Positions 28,058 through 36,239 of a DNA stretch of 64,000 nucleotides are shown piece after piece (position 1 is the first letter of the stretch; each line of letters starts with the position of its first letter). The DNA is taken from positions 79,756 to 143,755 of the forward strand of contig CACOEZ010000001.1 in assembly GCA_902626385.1 (NCBI GenBank), written 5' to 3'. Origin of the DNA: an uncultured SAR86 cluster bacterium. Lineage in GTDB: Bacteria > Pseudomonadota > Gammaproteobacteria > Magnimaribacterales > D2472. The translations under genes were made by a program, and so were the position numbers. The notes under the pieces are model-generated. The model ran no database searches and was not told the DNA's origin. It was given only the letters and a program-made list of their open reading frames with translations.

Positions 28058-28546
28058 TTGATTTTTACACCTAAATACTGTATTTTCATGATAGTGGAGT
28101 TTTTATCATTTATTGAAATAATACAGCCATGGCAATGGCTAATAATTTCATTAGTTATATTGTCAATAAGTATTTTTTTACTAGGGGATAGTTTTTTGCC
28201 CTTAGTTGCAATATCTATCATATTTGTTGCAATAAGTGATTATTTTGAATTAAAACTTGCTCTACAGTTTGTAGTTTTTTCTTTTACATTAATCTTTCAA
28301 ATGTTTTTGGCTCCCTTCCTCATCAACAAGAAAAAGGTTCTAATTGCTGAAGATGTATACGATATGATTGGACATGAAATTAGAGTTGTATCAATTAATG
28401 CTAGCAGCGATGCGTCTGGGAAGGCTGTTGCCCAAAATGGAAAAACCTGGAATGTTATTCATGAAAATAATGAAAGCTTAGAAGTAAATGCTACATATAG
28501 TTGTGTAAAAGTAGAAGGAATAAACTTAGTAGTAAGAAAAGAATAG
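28058..28546 (+). CDS. NfeD family membrane protein
   Basis: Two or three N-terminal TM helices plus a C-terminal OB-like soluble domain (GHEIRVVS...GKAVAQNGKTWNV). Immediately precedes an SPFH gene, the classic NfeD-SPFH pairing. The start could be ATG 28088. Confidence 0.6.
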   Translation: MIFTPKYCIFMIVEFLSFIEIIQPWQWLIISLVILSISIFLLGDSFLPLVAISIIFVAISDYFELKLALQFVVFSFTLIFQMFLAPFLINKKKVLIAEDVYDMIGHEIRVVSINASSDASGKAVAQNGKTWNVIHENNESLEVNATYSCVKVEGINLVVRKE

Positions 28547-28559
28547 GTAGGAGGTTTTT

Positions 28560-29570
28560 ATGGGTAGTTTAATATTTTGGTCGGTCTTTTCGGCTTTTAT
28601 TTTATATTTAGCTTATAACGCTTTTCAAATAGTTCCTGAATCAAATGTAAGAATAGTCGAGAGATTCGGTAAATATCATAATACTTTAAAACCAGGAATC
28701 GGCTTCATTGTTCCTTTCTTGGACAAGATAAAAAGAGCTGAAATAACAACATATGACAAAGATCCTAGTGATCCAGATGGCTCTAGAACAAGAATGAGGT
28801 ATCTAGCCCTTGACGGAAATATACCAACTTTAGAAATCATAATGGATCCCCCTGAAATTGATGCAATATCATCTGATAACGCTGTTGTTAGGCCTGATAG
28901 CATTCTGTATTTTAGGATTGTTGATGCTGTAAAAGCTGTTTATGAAGTTGAAGATCTTGGGCTTGCAACTTATAAGCTTTTAGAAACAACATTGAGGCAA
29001 GAAATAGGTACGATGAATTCTGACGAAATTATAGTTGGCAGAGAAACTATTGGAGGAGCGGTAAGAGTTGCACTTGAAGAAGCTGCTTCAGCTTGGGGAG
29101 TCCAGATTACAAGAGTAGAAATCGAAGAAATTCGTTTTAGTGAAGAAATTACAACTGCTTTAAGTGATCAAAGAGAGGCAGAACTTCTTGGTAGAGCAAA
29201 AGTTGCTGAGGCGGAAAGAGAAAGAGAAGCAATTGTAATAAAAGCAGAAGCTGAAAAAAGAGCGGTTGTTTTGAATGCTGAGGCAAAGTTTGAAGAGGAG
29301 AAACTGGAAGCAGAAGCTGATTATTTAAAGGCTTCAAGAGTTCTTGAAGGTCAAGCAAAAGGTACAGAGGCACTTGCAAAGGCTCTTGAAAAAAACCCAA
29401 ACTCTGTTGTTGCCCTTGAAGCACTCAAAGCACAGATAGAGGTAGCTCAGGCAATTGGAAAATCTGACAATACTCTGATTATCCCAGAAGAAACAGCAGG
29501 ATTGTTTGGTGCAATAAAGTCTATAAATAAAGTTTTGGATTTACAGGTTGACAAAAAATCAAGTAAATAA
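28560..29570 (+). CDS. SPFH/band-7 (stomatin/paraslipin-like) protein
   Basis: N-terminal TM. SPFH core (IVPESNVRIVERFGKYHNTLKPGIGFIVPF...DAISSDNAVVRPDSILYFRIVD...). Glu/Ala/Lys-rich coiled-coil tail. Confidence 0.85.
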   Translation: MGSLIFWSVFSAFILYLAYNAFQIVPESNVRIVERFGKYHNTLKPGIGFIVPFLDKIKRAEITTYDKDPSDPDGSRTRMRYLALDGNIPTLEIIMDPPEIDAISSDNAVVRPDSILYFRIVDAVKAVYEVEDLGLATYKLLETTLRQEIGTMNSDEIIVGRETIGGAVRVALEEAASAWGVQITRVEIEEIRFSEEITTALSDQREAELLGRAKVAEAEREREAIVIKAEAEKRAVVLNAEAKFEEEKLEAEADYLKASRVLEGQAKGTEALAKALEKNPNSVVALEALKAQIEVAQAIGKSDNTLIIPEETAGLFGAIKSINKVLDLQVDKKSSK

Positions 29571-29584
29571 AACCTAAATATTCT

Positions 29585-30520
29585 ATGAATAAGAAGTCAC
29601 CTTATGTTGTAGATTATGGTAAACAAAAAAGAAAACCATATGGTTTTTTTAGATTTCTTATCCTAGCTTTACTGGTGGTATTTGGACTAGCCTACTTTAA
29701 TGACCAATTCAAATTTAATAAGGATAATGTTGTTACAACAATAAATGGGGTATCGAACCATAATGAACAATTAGCTAAACTTAAAAAAGAAATTGATGAA
29801 TCACAACTATACCGTGATGAGATTATTCTTTTAAAAAAAGAAATCTCAAATCTAAAGAATGAGCTAGAGGATTCAAATAATAGCTCGGTATCACTGGTGG
29901 CTGATCAGATTAATGAAATTCGAGACTTGAAAGGCCAAATAAAATCCCTTAATAAACTTAATGATACGCTGATGGAGCAAAATAGTATTCTTTCTAAAGG
30001 TGTTGAGGATCCAAATAATAGTTCAAGCAGCTCGGTATCACTGGTAGCTGATCAGATTAATGAAATTCGAGACTTGAAAGATCAAATAAAATCTCTTAAT
30101 AGATTAAATGATACGCTGATGGAGCAAAATAGCATTCTTTCTAAAGGTGTTGAAGACTCTGGAATTGTTGAAGATATGAAAATTAAACCTTCAATTAATA
30201 ACGATAAGAAAAATATAGAGTTAGAAAATATTCAAAACAACATAGTTTCTTCAAGACCTCAAGCCATAAAGAGAATAAATCCAAGATATCCTTCAAGAGC
30301 ACTTCAGAGGAGATTAAGTGGCAGTGTAAAGGTAATTTTTGACGTAGATATCAATGGTCAAGCTCAAAACATACGCGTTCTTGAATCCTCAAGTTATTTG
30401 TTTGAAAGTGAAGCAAGAAGAGCAGTCAGAGAAACAAAATTTAATCCTGCTAGAGATTCTTTTGGAAATCCAATCTTTTTTAAAGATCATACTACAGTTT
30501 ATGAATTTAATTTAAAATGA
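29585..30520 (+). CDS. membrane-anchored coiled-coil protein with C-terminal TonB_C domain
   Basis: TM FFRFLILALLVVFGLAYF. A long heptad-like region contains a duplicated ~46-aa block. C-terminus PRYPSRALQRRLSGSVKVIFDVDINGQAQNIRVLESS...EARRAVRETKFNPA is TonB_C-like. No Pro-rich spacer. Confidence 0.6.
   Translation: MNKKSPYVVDYGKQKRKPYGFFRFLILALLVVFGLAYFNDQFKFNKDNVVTTINGVSNHNEQLAKLKKEIDESQLYRDEIILLKKEISNLKNELEDSNNSSVSLVADQINEIRDLKGQIKSLNKLNDTLMEQNSILSKGVEDPNNSSSSSVSLVADQINEIRDLKDQIKSLNRLNDTLMEQNSILSKGVEDSGIVEDMKIKPSINNDKKNIELENIQNNIVSSRPQAIKRINPRYPSRALQRRLSGSVKVIFDVDINGQAQNIRVLESSSYLFESEARRAVRETKFNPARDSFGNPIFFKDHTTVYEFNLK
29867..30152 (+). repeat. in-frame tandem duplication, two units of ~138 and ~148 bp
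   Basis: Manual alignment of unit 1 (29867-30004) and unit 2 (30005-30152) gives roughly ten substitutions plus one 9-bp indel. Encodes EDSNNSSVSLVADQINEIRDLKGQIKSLNKLNDTLMEQNSILSKGV twice. Confidence 0.85.
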
Positions 30521-30586
30521 TACCTCTTTAACTAAAACCTGGACACTTAATAAATACTTGTTTTAGTCAGAAAAAAACATAAGTTA

Positions 30587-31924
30587 TTATAAAATCAATA
30601 TTGGGAAAAACATTATCAATATTAGTATTATTATCTGAATCGTTATAAACGGTATGACACCTTTATATATTTCACTTGTTTGTATGTTGTCTTCTGTTAC
30701 CCCTCTTAAATAAAATAATGAAAATCCAAATGGAGGAGTTAAAAATGAAGTCTGTAAATTTACTGCAAATAAAATTGCGAGCCATACTGGATCAAAGCCA
30801 TACATTAATAATGGTGGAGCAACTAACGGCACAATTACGTAACAAATTTCAATGAAATCAAGAATAAATCCTAATAAGAAAACTATTATCAAAACAAATA
30901 TTAAAGCCGTATAAGATCCTCCGGGAAGCGACCTAAAAATTAAATCAATTAATGCATCTCCTCCGACACCTCTAAAAATTAACGAAAAAATAGAGGCACC
31001 AATTAGAATTGTAAAAATCATTGTTGAAACAACAGCAGCCTTTTCAGAAGTTTCTTTTATAAACTTTAAATTTATTTTTTTATTAATGAGTGCTATTGCC
31101 ATAGCACCGAATGCTCCAATCGCTGCAGCTTCTGTAGGAGTAGCAATACCAGCAAATATTGAGCCCAGTACTAAAAAAATTAAAACTATAGGAAGAGCAA
31201 GTGTTTTAAATAATTCATATTTATCTATTGATGATTCTGTGAAATTATCTTTTATGTTTTGATTATTGCTATTTTTATATATCGTATAAAAAAGGTACCC
31301 AGTACATATCAATACTCCAGGCACTATGGCTCCAATGAAGAGATCTCCAACAGTTACAGTTTTTTGGGAAAATATACCCATGTCATTTTGAGCTCTTTGA
31401 TAGGCATTTGACATAACATCGCCAAGTAAGACTAAAGCTATAGATGGTGGAATAATTTGTCCAAGTGTACCCGTTGAAGCTACCAACCCTGTCGAAAAGT
31501 CTTTTTCATAACCCTGCTTAATGAGAATAGGTAATGACATTAATCCCATTGTTACTACTGTTGCACCAACAATCCCTGTGCTTGCTGCAAGCAAAGCACC
31601 AACAATTATTATAGATATAGATAAACCACCTTTAGTACCTTTAAAAGCTTGAGCCATATTCTCAAGCATTTTTGCTGCGATACCTGATTTTTCAAGTATT
31701 GTTCCCATAAAAATGAATAGTGGAACTGCAAGAAGAGTAACGTTATTCATAATTCCGAATATTCTTATAGGAATACTTTTAAAAATTGTTGGATCAAAGA
31801 CCCCAAAAGGAATACATATTAGAGCAAACAAAATCGACGTACCGGCAAGAGTCAATGCAACCGGGTAACCAATCAATAAAGCAACACAAATTAATAATAG
31901 AAGTAAAAGCGGAATTATTTCCAT
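30587..31924 (-). CDS. dctM: TRAP transporter large permease
   Basis: 445 aa with ~12 TM, DctM-like. Overlaps dctQ by 10 nt. Confidence 0.85.
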   Translation of the reverse strand: MEIIPLLLLLLICVALLIGYPVALTLAGTSILFALICIPFGVFDPTIFKSIPIRIFGIMNNVTLLAVPLFIFMGTILEKSGIAAKMLENMAQAFKGTKGGLSISIIIVGALLAASTGIVGATVVTMGLMSLPILIKQGYEKDFSTGLVASTGTLGQIIPPSIALVLLGDVMSNAYQRAQNDMGIFSQKTVTVGDLFIGAIVPGVLICTGYLFYTIYKNSNNQNIKDNFTESSIDKYELFKTLALPIVLIFLVLGSIFAGIATPTEAAAIGAFGAMAIALINKKINLKFIKETSEKAAVVSTMIFTILIGASIFSLIFRGVGGDALIDLIFRSLPGGSYTALIFVLIIVFLLGFILDFIEICYVIVPLVAPPLLMYGFDPVWLAILFAVNLQTSFLTPPFGFSLFYLRGVTEDNIQTSEIYKGVIPFITIQIIILILIMFFPILIL

Positions 31925-32424
31925 TTTTTATCTAAAAGTTGAAAAATTAAAGTTAACGTTAGCGTTATAGGGAATAGAATAATTAAAGTTTTTTGAATAT
32001 AAACAAACTTTAAGCCACCGGCTTCTGTAGAAGCTTCTTTAATTTTCCAAGACATTTCTATTAGCTCAAAAGAATAAAAGCCAATTACAAAACAGACAGG
32101 AATTAAAAACAAAAAACTTAAGATAAAGTTAGTATTTTTTTTATAAGTGTCCGAGGATCCTCTATAAAAAATATCTACCCTTACATGTTCGTCTTTGAAG
32201 TGAACAAATCCAGCACAACCAAGAAATATTAGTGCATGAATATACATTACAAGTTCTTGTATACCAGTCAGTCCTATTCCGAAGAAATATCTTGCAACAA
32301 CTACAGCTATCATTAACAAAGTCATGACAGGAATCATTAGCGATATTAATTTTCCTATAAAAATTATAGTTTTTTCAAAATACATTCTTGAATAAGCCTC
32401 CATGTATTCGTAAAATACAGCCAT
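31915..32424 (-). CDS. dctQ: TRAP transporter small permease
   Basis: 4 TM with a VVARYFFG motif. Start is uncertain: ATG 32424, 32403 or 32385. Confidence 0.7.
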   Translation of the reverse strand: MAVFYEYMEAYSRMYFEKTIIFIGKLISLMIPVMTLLMIAVVVARYFFGIGLTGIQELVMYIHALIFLGCAGFVHFKDEHVRVDIFYRGSSDTYKKNTNFILSFLFLIPVCFVIGFYSFELIEMSWKIKEASTEAGGLKFVYIQKTLIILFPITLTLTLIFQLLDKKWK

Positions 32425-33193
32425 GATTATAGTACTTTCTCCAGCAAAAACACTTGATTACGAATTTGAAGTTAATTCTGAGCACTCTGTTCCAGCTTTT
32501 CTTGGGCAATCTTCTAAATTAATTTCTGAACTTAAGAAAAAAGAACCTAAAGATATTGCCTCATTAATGGGACTAAGTGATAAATTGGCAACTCTTAATT
32601 ATGATAGGTATCAGTCCTGGTCTCCATCAAAAAAATTATCTGATGACTCAAAACCATCTATGCTTGTGTTTAAAGGCGATGTTTACCAAGGCCTTCAAGC
32701 TGAAGACCTTACTAAATCTCAAATGAATTTTGCTCAGAAACACATCAGAATACTTTCTGGTCTTTACGGTATTTTGAGACCCCTAGATGTTATGAAGCCA
32801 TATAGGCTTGAAATGGGAACAAAACTCCAAACCGCAAGTGGTAAAAATCTCTACGAATTCTGGGGAGATAAAATTCAAAAAAACGTATTAAATGAGCTTA
32901 AAAACCAAAAATCTGATTTACTCATCAATCTTGCATCAAAAGAGTATTTCTCTGTTCTTGGAAAAATGCCAGAAGATGTGAATGTTGTCACACCAACTTT
33001 CAAAGATTATAAAAATGGCAAATATAAGATAATTAGTTTTTATGCTAAAAAAGCCAGAGGCGTTATGGCCAGATGGATAATCGAAAACAAGGTTAAAGAT
33101 TTTGAAAATCTAACCAGTTTTAATGTAGATGGTTATAAATACTCTAAATCTGAGTCAACGTCTACAACTCCAGTTTTTTTAAGAAAACCCTAA
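32423..33193 (+). CDS. yaaA: peroxide stress protein YaaA (UPF0246/DUF328)
   Basis: Canonical N-terminus MIIVLSPAKTLDY and SGLYGILRPLD motif. Confidence 0.85.
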   Translation: MIIVLSPAKTLDYEFEVNSEHSVPAFLGQSSKLISELKKKEPKDIASLMGLSDKLATLNYDRYQSWSPSKKLSDDSKPSMLVFKGDVYQGLQAEDLTKSQMNFAQKHIRILSGLYGILRPLDVMKPYRLEMGTKLQTASGKNLYEFWGDKIQKNVLNELKNQKSDLLINLASKEYFSVLGKMPEDVNVVTPTFKDYKNGKYKIISFYAKKARGVMARWIIENKVKDFENLTSFNVDGYKYSKSESTSTTPVFLRKP

Positions 33194-34056
33194 GAGTCTG
33201 ATTCGTTAAACTTTCTTACTTTTACTAGCTCGTTGAAAGATGCCTCTCTTTTTTCCATATTAGCTGTCATCTGCTCAGCCATATCTTTTTGACTTAACAT
33301 AGCGCCGCTCCATAAGGCATTATATTCAAGACTATCTTGTACGTTATGATCTCTAGAATAATTCATTACTGCCTTGAGGCCATATATTGCGACTGGAGAT
33401 TTTGAAGCAATCTCTTTTGCAAGCTTGTTTGCTGCATTGAGCAATTCTTCATGAGATTCAAACTTATCGCTAATTAATCCAGCTTCTTTTGCTTCATCGG
33501 CAAACATTCTTCTACCTGTATATGCCATTTCTCGCATTTTAGAATCTGGGATGATTTTAGGAAGTCTTTGAAGAGTTCCTACATCTGCTGCCATGCCAAT
33601 GTTTACTTCTTGTATACAAAAAAATGCATCATCAGAAGCAAGTCTTATATCGCAAGCAGTTACCATGTCCACAGCGCCTCCAATGCAACCTCCTTGAATT
33701 GCAGCTATAACCGGAACTCTAATTTTTTCCAAGGTAGTGATATATTCTTGAAGTTCTTTAGCAACTCTGTATAAAGCTTCACCAACTCGTGCATGATCAG
33801 GTTTTTTATCATCAGGTATATTTTCAACACCATTTGAAAAAGCATTTAAATCCATGCCTGCACAAAAATGTTTACCTGTTGATGACATTACAACGACTCT
33901 TACATCTGAGTCCCTATTTATGTCTTCAAGAATTCCTCCTAACTCTACCCAGAAATCTCTGGACATTGTATTTAGTTCGTTTGGTCTTGTTAAAACAAGA
34001 TTTGCAACGTGATCTTCAACTTTCAATTCGAAGCATTTATATTCTTTGTTACTCAT
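33190..34056 (-). CDS. enoyl-CoA hydratase/isomerase family protein (dienoyl-CoA isomerase-like)
   Basis: Crotonase motifs FCAGMDL, AAIQGGCIGGAVD, ADVGTLQRLP. Confidence 0.8.
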   Translation of the reverse strand: MSNKEYKCFELKVEDHVANLVLTRPNELNTMSRDFWVELGGILEDINRDSDVRVVVMSSTGKHFCAGMDLNAFSNGVENIPDDKKPDHARVGEALYRVAKELQEYITTLEKIRVPVIAAIQGGCIGGAVDMVTACDIRLASDDAFFCIQEVNIGMAADVGTLQRLPKIIPDSKMREMAYTGRRMFADEAKEAGLISDKFESHEELLNAANKLAKEIASKSPVAIYGLKAVMNYSRDHNVQDSLEYNALWSGAMLSQKDMAEQMTANMEKREASFNELVKVRKFNESDS

Positions 34057-34214
34057 GATTTGTTCACCATATCTATAGATTCATTAACAATTGTTCTCAT
34101 TTTTTCAACATGTTCAAATGTTTTATGGTGAGATAGTACTACTTTTCTTTCCTCGCTTAGAAGAATAAGCATTTTTTTTAATCGTTCTAAATTTTCTAAA
34201 ATTCTTTCATCCAT
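34053..34214 (-). CDS. unlisted 53-codon ORF upstream of and overlapping (ATGA) the crotonase gene
   Basis: My own translation: MDERILENLERLKKMLILLSEERKVVLSHHKTFEHVEKMRTIVNESIDMVNKS. It fills an otherwise unusually long 212-bp gap, and its stop overlaps the downstream ATG. No homolog recognised. Confidence 0.3.
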   Translation of the reverse strand: MDERILENLERLKKMLILLSEERKVVLSHHKTFEHVEKMRTIVNESIDMVNKS

Positions 34215-34246
34215 AAATTTAATAATTAATTTAATTGTATTGATAA

Positions 34247-34260
34247 AGCATTATAATGCT
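34247..34260. promoter_or_regulatory. 14-bp perfect palindrome containing TATAAT in a divergent intergenic region
   Basis: AGCATTATAATGCT is its own reverse complement. Lies 9 nt upstream of the e(P4) phosphatase ATG. Confidence 0.2.
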
Positions 34261-34268
34261 CTTGCAAT

Positions 34269-35093
34269 ATGAAATCACTAAGACATATATCTTTATTGTT
34301 ATTTATCGTATTTACTGGAGACTCCTTTGCTTCCAAAGATGATAAAGCATTTCAAGAACAGTCAATGCTATCTGTTTTGTATGTTCAGACAGCTACTGAG
34401 TTTGCTGCAAATAATATTCAGACATATGCAAATGCAAAAGATGCACTTCTGAAAGGACTTGAAGATAGCTCATGGACAGCTGCCCTTGAACAAGTAGATA
34501 ACTTTGAAGATAAATCTCCTGCGATAATTCTCGATGTTGATGAAACAGTTTTAGATAACTCTAATTTTCAGGCTAGAACAATCTTGAGCGGCTTGTCATA
34601 TCCAAATGGATGGGCTGAATGGGTAAATGAATCAAATGCTGGTGCAGTGGAGGGAGTGCATGATTTTCTTCATTTCGCAGATAAGAAAGGAGTCAAAATA
34701 TATTATTTAACAAACAGGCTGGAATCCTTTAGAGAAGCAACAAAAAAAAATATTCTTAAATTAGGCCTTCCATTTGAAGACGATGCTGTCTTACTAATGA
34801 GGAGCGAAGAAAATTTAAGAGATAAAACTGATAGAAGAAAAAATATAGCCAATGAAAACAGAATTGTTTTAATTATTGGAGATCAGTTAACTGATTTCAT
34901 ATCGACCAAGGAAGCATATGTTTTTCATACTGAGCGAAAAAAACTTGCTAAAAAATATTCTGATTTATGGGGTACAAAATGGTTTTTAATAACAAACCCA
35001 ACATATGGAAGATGGGAACTATCGATATATGAGGACTATCCAAGCTCAGAAAAAGAAGCTATCGAAACAAGAAAGAAAACACTTATCCAATAG
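34269..35093 (+). CDS. class C acid phosphatase / 5'-nucleotidase, lipoprotein e(P4) family (HAD superfamily)
   Basis: Signal peptide. DDDD-type motifs ILDVDETVLDNS and IGDQLTDF. Confidence 0.75.
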   Translation: MKSLRHISLLLFIVFTGDSFASKDDKAFQEQSMLSVLYVQTATEFAANNIQTYANAKDALLKGLEDSSWTAALEQVDNFEDKSPAIILDVDETVLDNSNFQARTILSGLSYPNGWAEWVNESNAGAVEGVHDFLHFADKKGVKIYYLTNRLESFREATKKNILKLGLPFEDDAVLLMRSEENLRDKTDRRKNIANENRIVLIIGDQLTDFISTKEAYVFHTERKKLAKKYSDLWGTKWFLITNPTYGRWELSIYEDYPSSEKEAIETRKKTLIQ

Positions 35094-35099
35094 TATTTA

Positions 35100-36239
35100 A
35101 TGAAAAATACATATCTTCTCATTCTTATATTTTTGTTCGGTTGCTCAAACTCCGAGTTTGAAACATTACCTATCGGCTCTTCAGAAACTGATTATTTGAA
35201 CATAATAGATTTTTCTGAGAATCAAACACCTAAAAATATAGTTTTAGTAGTTGGAGATGGAACTGGCATTAATCAGATTACTTTATCAAGAATTGTGAAA
35301 GGGGGACCAGACCATAAATTAGCTATTGATCAGTTGCCTATTAATGGAACTTCGTTGACCCATCCATATGGAAATCTAATTACTGATTCGGCTGCTGCAG
35401 CAACAGCTTGGGCAACAGGTAAAAAAACAAAAAATAAGTACCTATCTATTGACCATGAAAAAAATATTTTAAAAACTCTACCTGAAATGCTTTATGAAAA
35501 AGGATATATTTCTGGAATAGTTGCAACTTCATCAATTACACACGCAACTCCAGCAGCATTTTTTGCACATATTGACTCCAGATATAAAGAGAAAGAGATA
35601 GCCAACCAATTTTTAAATTCACCTATCAATATCGGTCTTGGTGGAGGCTTAGAGTTTTTTGACATAGAAAAAGCTTCTAAATCACACGTTCTTTTGGACA
35701 GAAAAGAATTATTAGATTTAGATTTTAGAAGTGATAAAAAAATATTAGGGCTATTTGATAAAGATGGCATTGTTAGATCAGAAGAAAAGCCAACCCAAAG
35801 ACAAATGACAGCTTTTGCTCTTCAACATCTGAGTAAAAACATAGATGCGTGCACCGGCTTCTTTTTAATGACCGAAGGAAGTCAGATTGATTGGGCTGCT
35901 CATGACAATGATGCAAAAAAAATGCTAATTGAATTTGATGACTTTGATAATACCGTTAAAGATTTAATTAATTTTGTGACAAACGATAAAAACACCTTGC
36001 TTATCATTACCGCTGATCATGAGACCGGAGGACTTCAAATAATGAAGCAAAATAATAAGAATGTTCTTATTAAGTGGGGAACCGGAAGTCATACAGGCAC
36101 TCCAGTTGGAGTTTATGCTTATGGACCAGGGGCACACAAATTTTCAGATCTAATGGATAATACTGATATTCATTATAAGATTTTAGATTTGATCAGTTAC
36201 GACAATTTAAACGAATCAATTTGTGAGCTATATCAATGA
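35100..36239 (+). CDS. alkaline phosphatase (PhoA family), predicted lipoprotein
   Basis: VGDGTG, TDSAAAATA (active-site Ser), DWAAHDND, ADHETGG. Lipobox LFG-C. Confidence 0.85.
   Translation: MKNTYLLILIFLFGCSNSEFETLPIGSSETDYLNIIDFSENQTPKNIVLVVGDGTGINQITLSRIVKGGPDHKLAIDQLPINGTSLTHPYGNLITDSAAAATAWATGKKTKNKYLSIDHEKNILKTLPEMLYEKGYISGIVATSSITHATPAAFFAHIDSRYKEKEIANQFLNSPINIGLGGGLEFFDIEKASKSHVLLDRKELLDLDFRSDKKILGLFDKDGIVRSEEKPTQRQMTAFALQHLSKNIDACTGFFLMTEGSQIDWAAHDNDAKKMLIEFDDFDNTVKDLINFVTNDKNTLLIITADHETGGLQIMKQNNKNVLIKWGTGSHTGTPVGVYAYGPGAHKFSDLMDNTDIHYKILDLISYDNLNESICELYQ

Noticed and set aside
29149-29424. Q/L-rich 91-aa ORF with a low-complexity repeat look.
   Set aside because: It is the reverse-complement shadow of the Glu/Ala/Lys-rich coiled-coil tail of the SPFH protein (GAA/GCT/AAA codons read as TTC/AGC/TTT and so on). 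It is not an independent gene.
29867-30152. Tandem repeat considered as a possible CRISPR-like or minisatellite array.
   Set aside because: There are only two units of ~140 bp, directly adjacent with no spacers, in frame within a coding region. No cas genes are present. It is an intragenic duplication.
34742-34750. A9 homopolymer inside the e(P4) phosphatase gene, considered as a slipped-strand phase-variation tract.
   Set aside because: Runs of 7-9 A/T occur in many genes of this AT-rich window (for example 34171-34178, 20341-20347). There is no sign of frameshifted alleles in the sequence.
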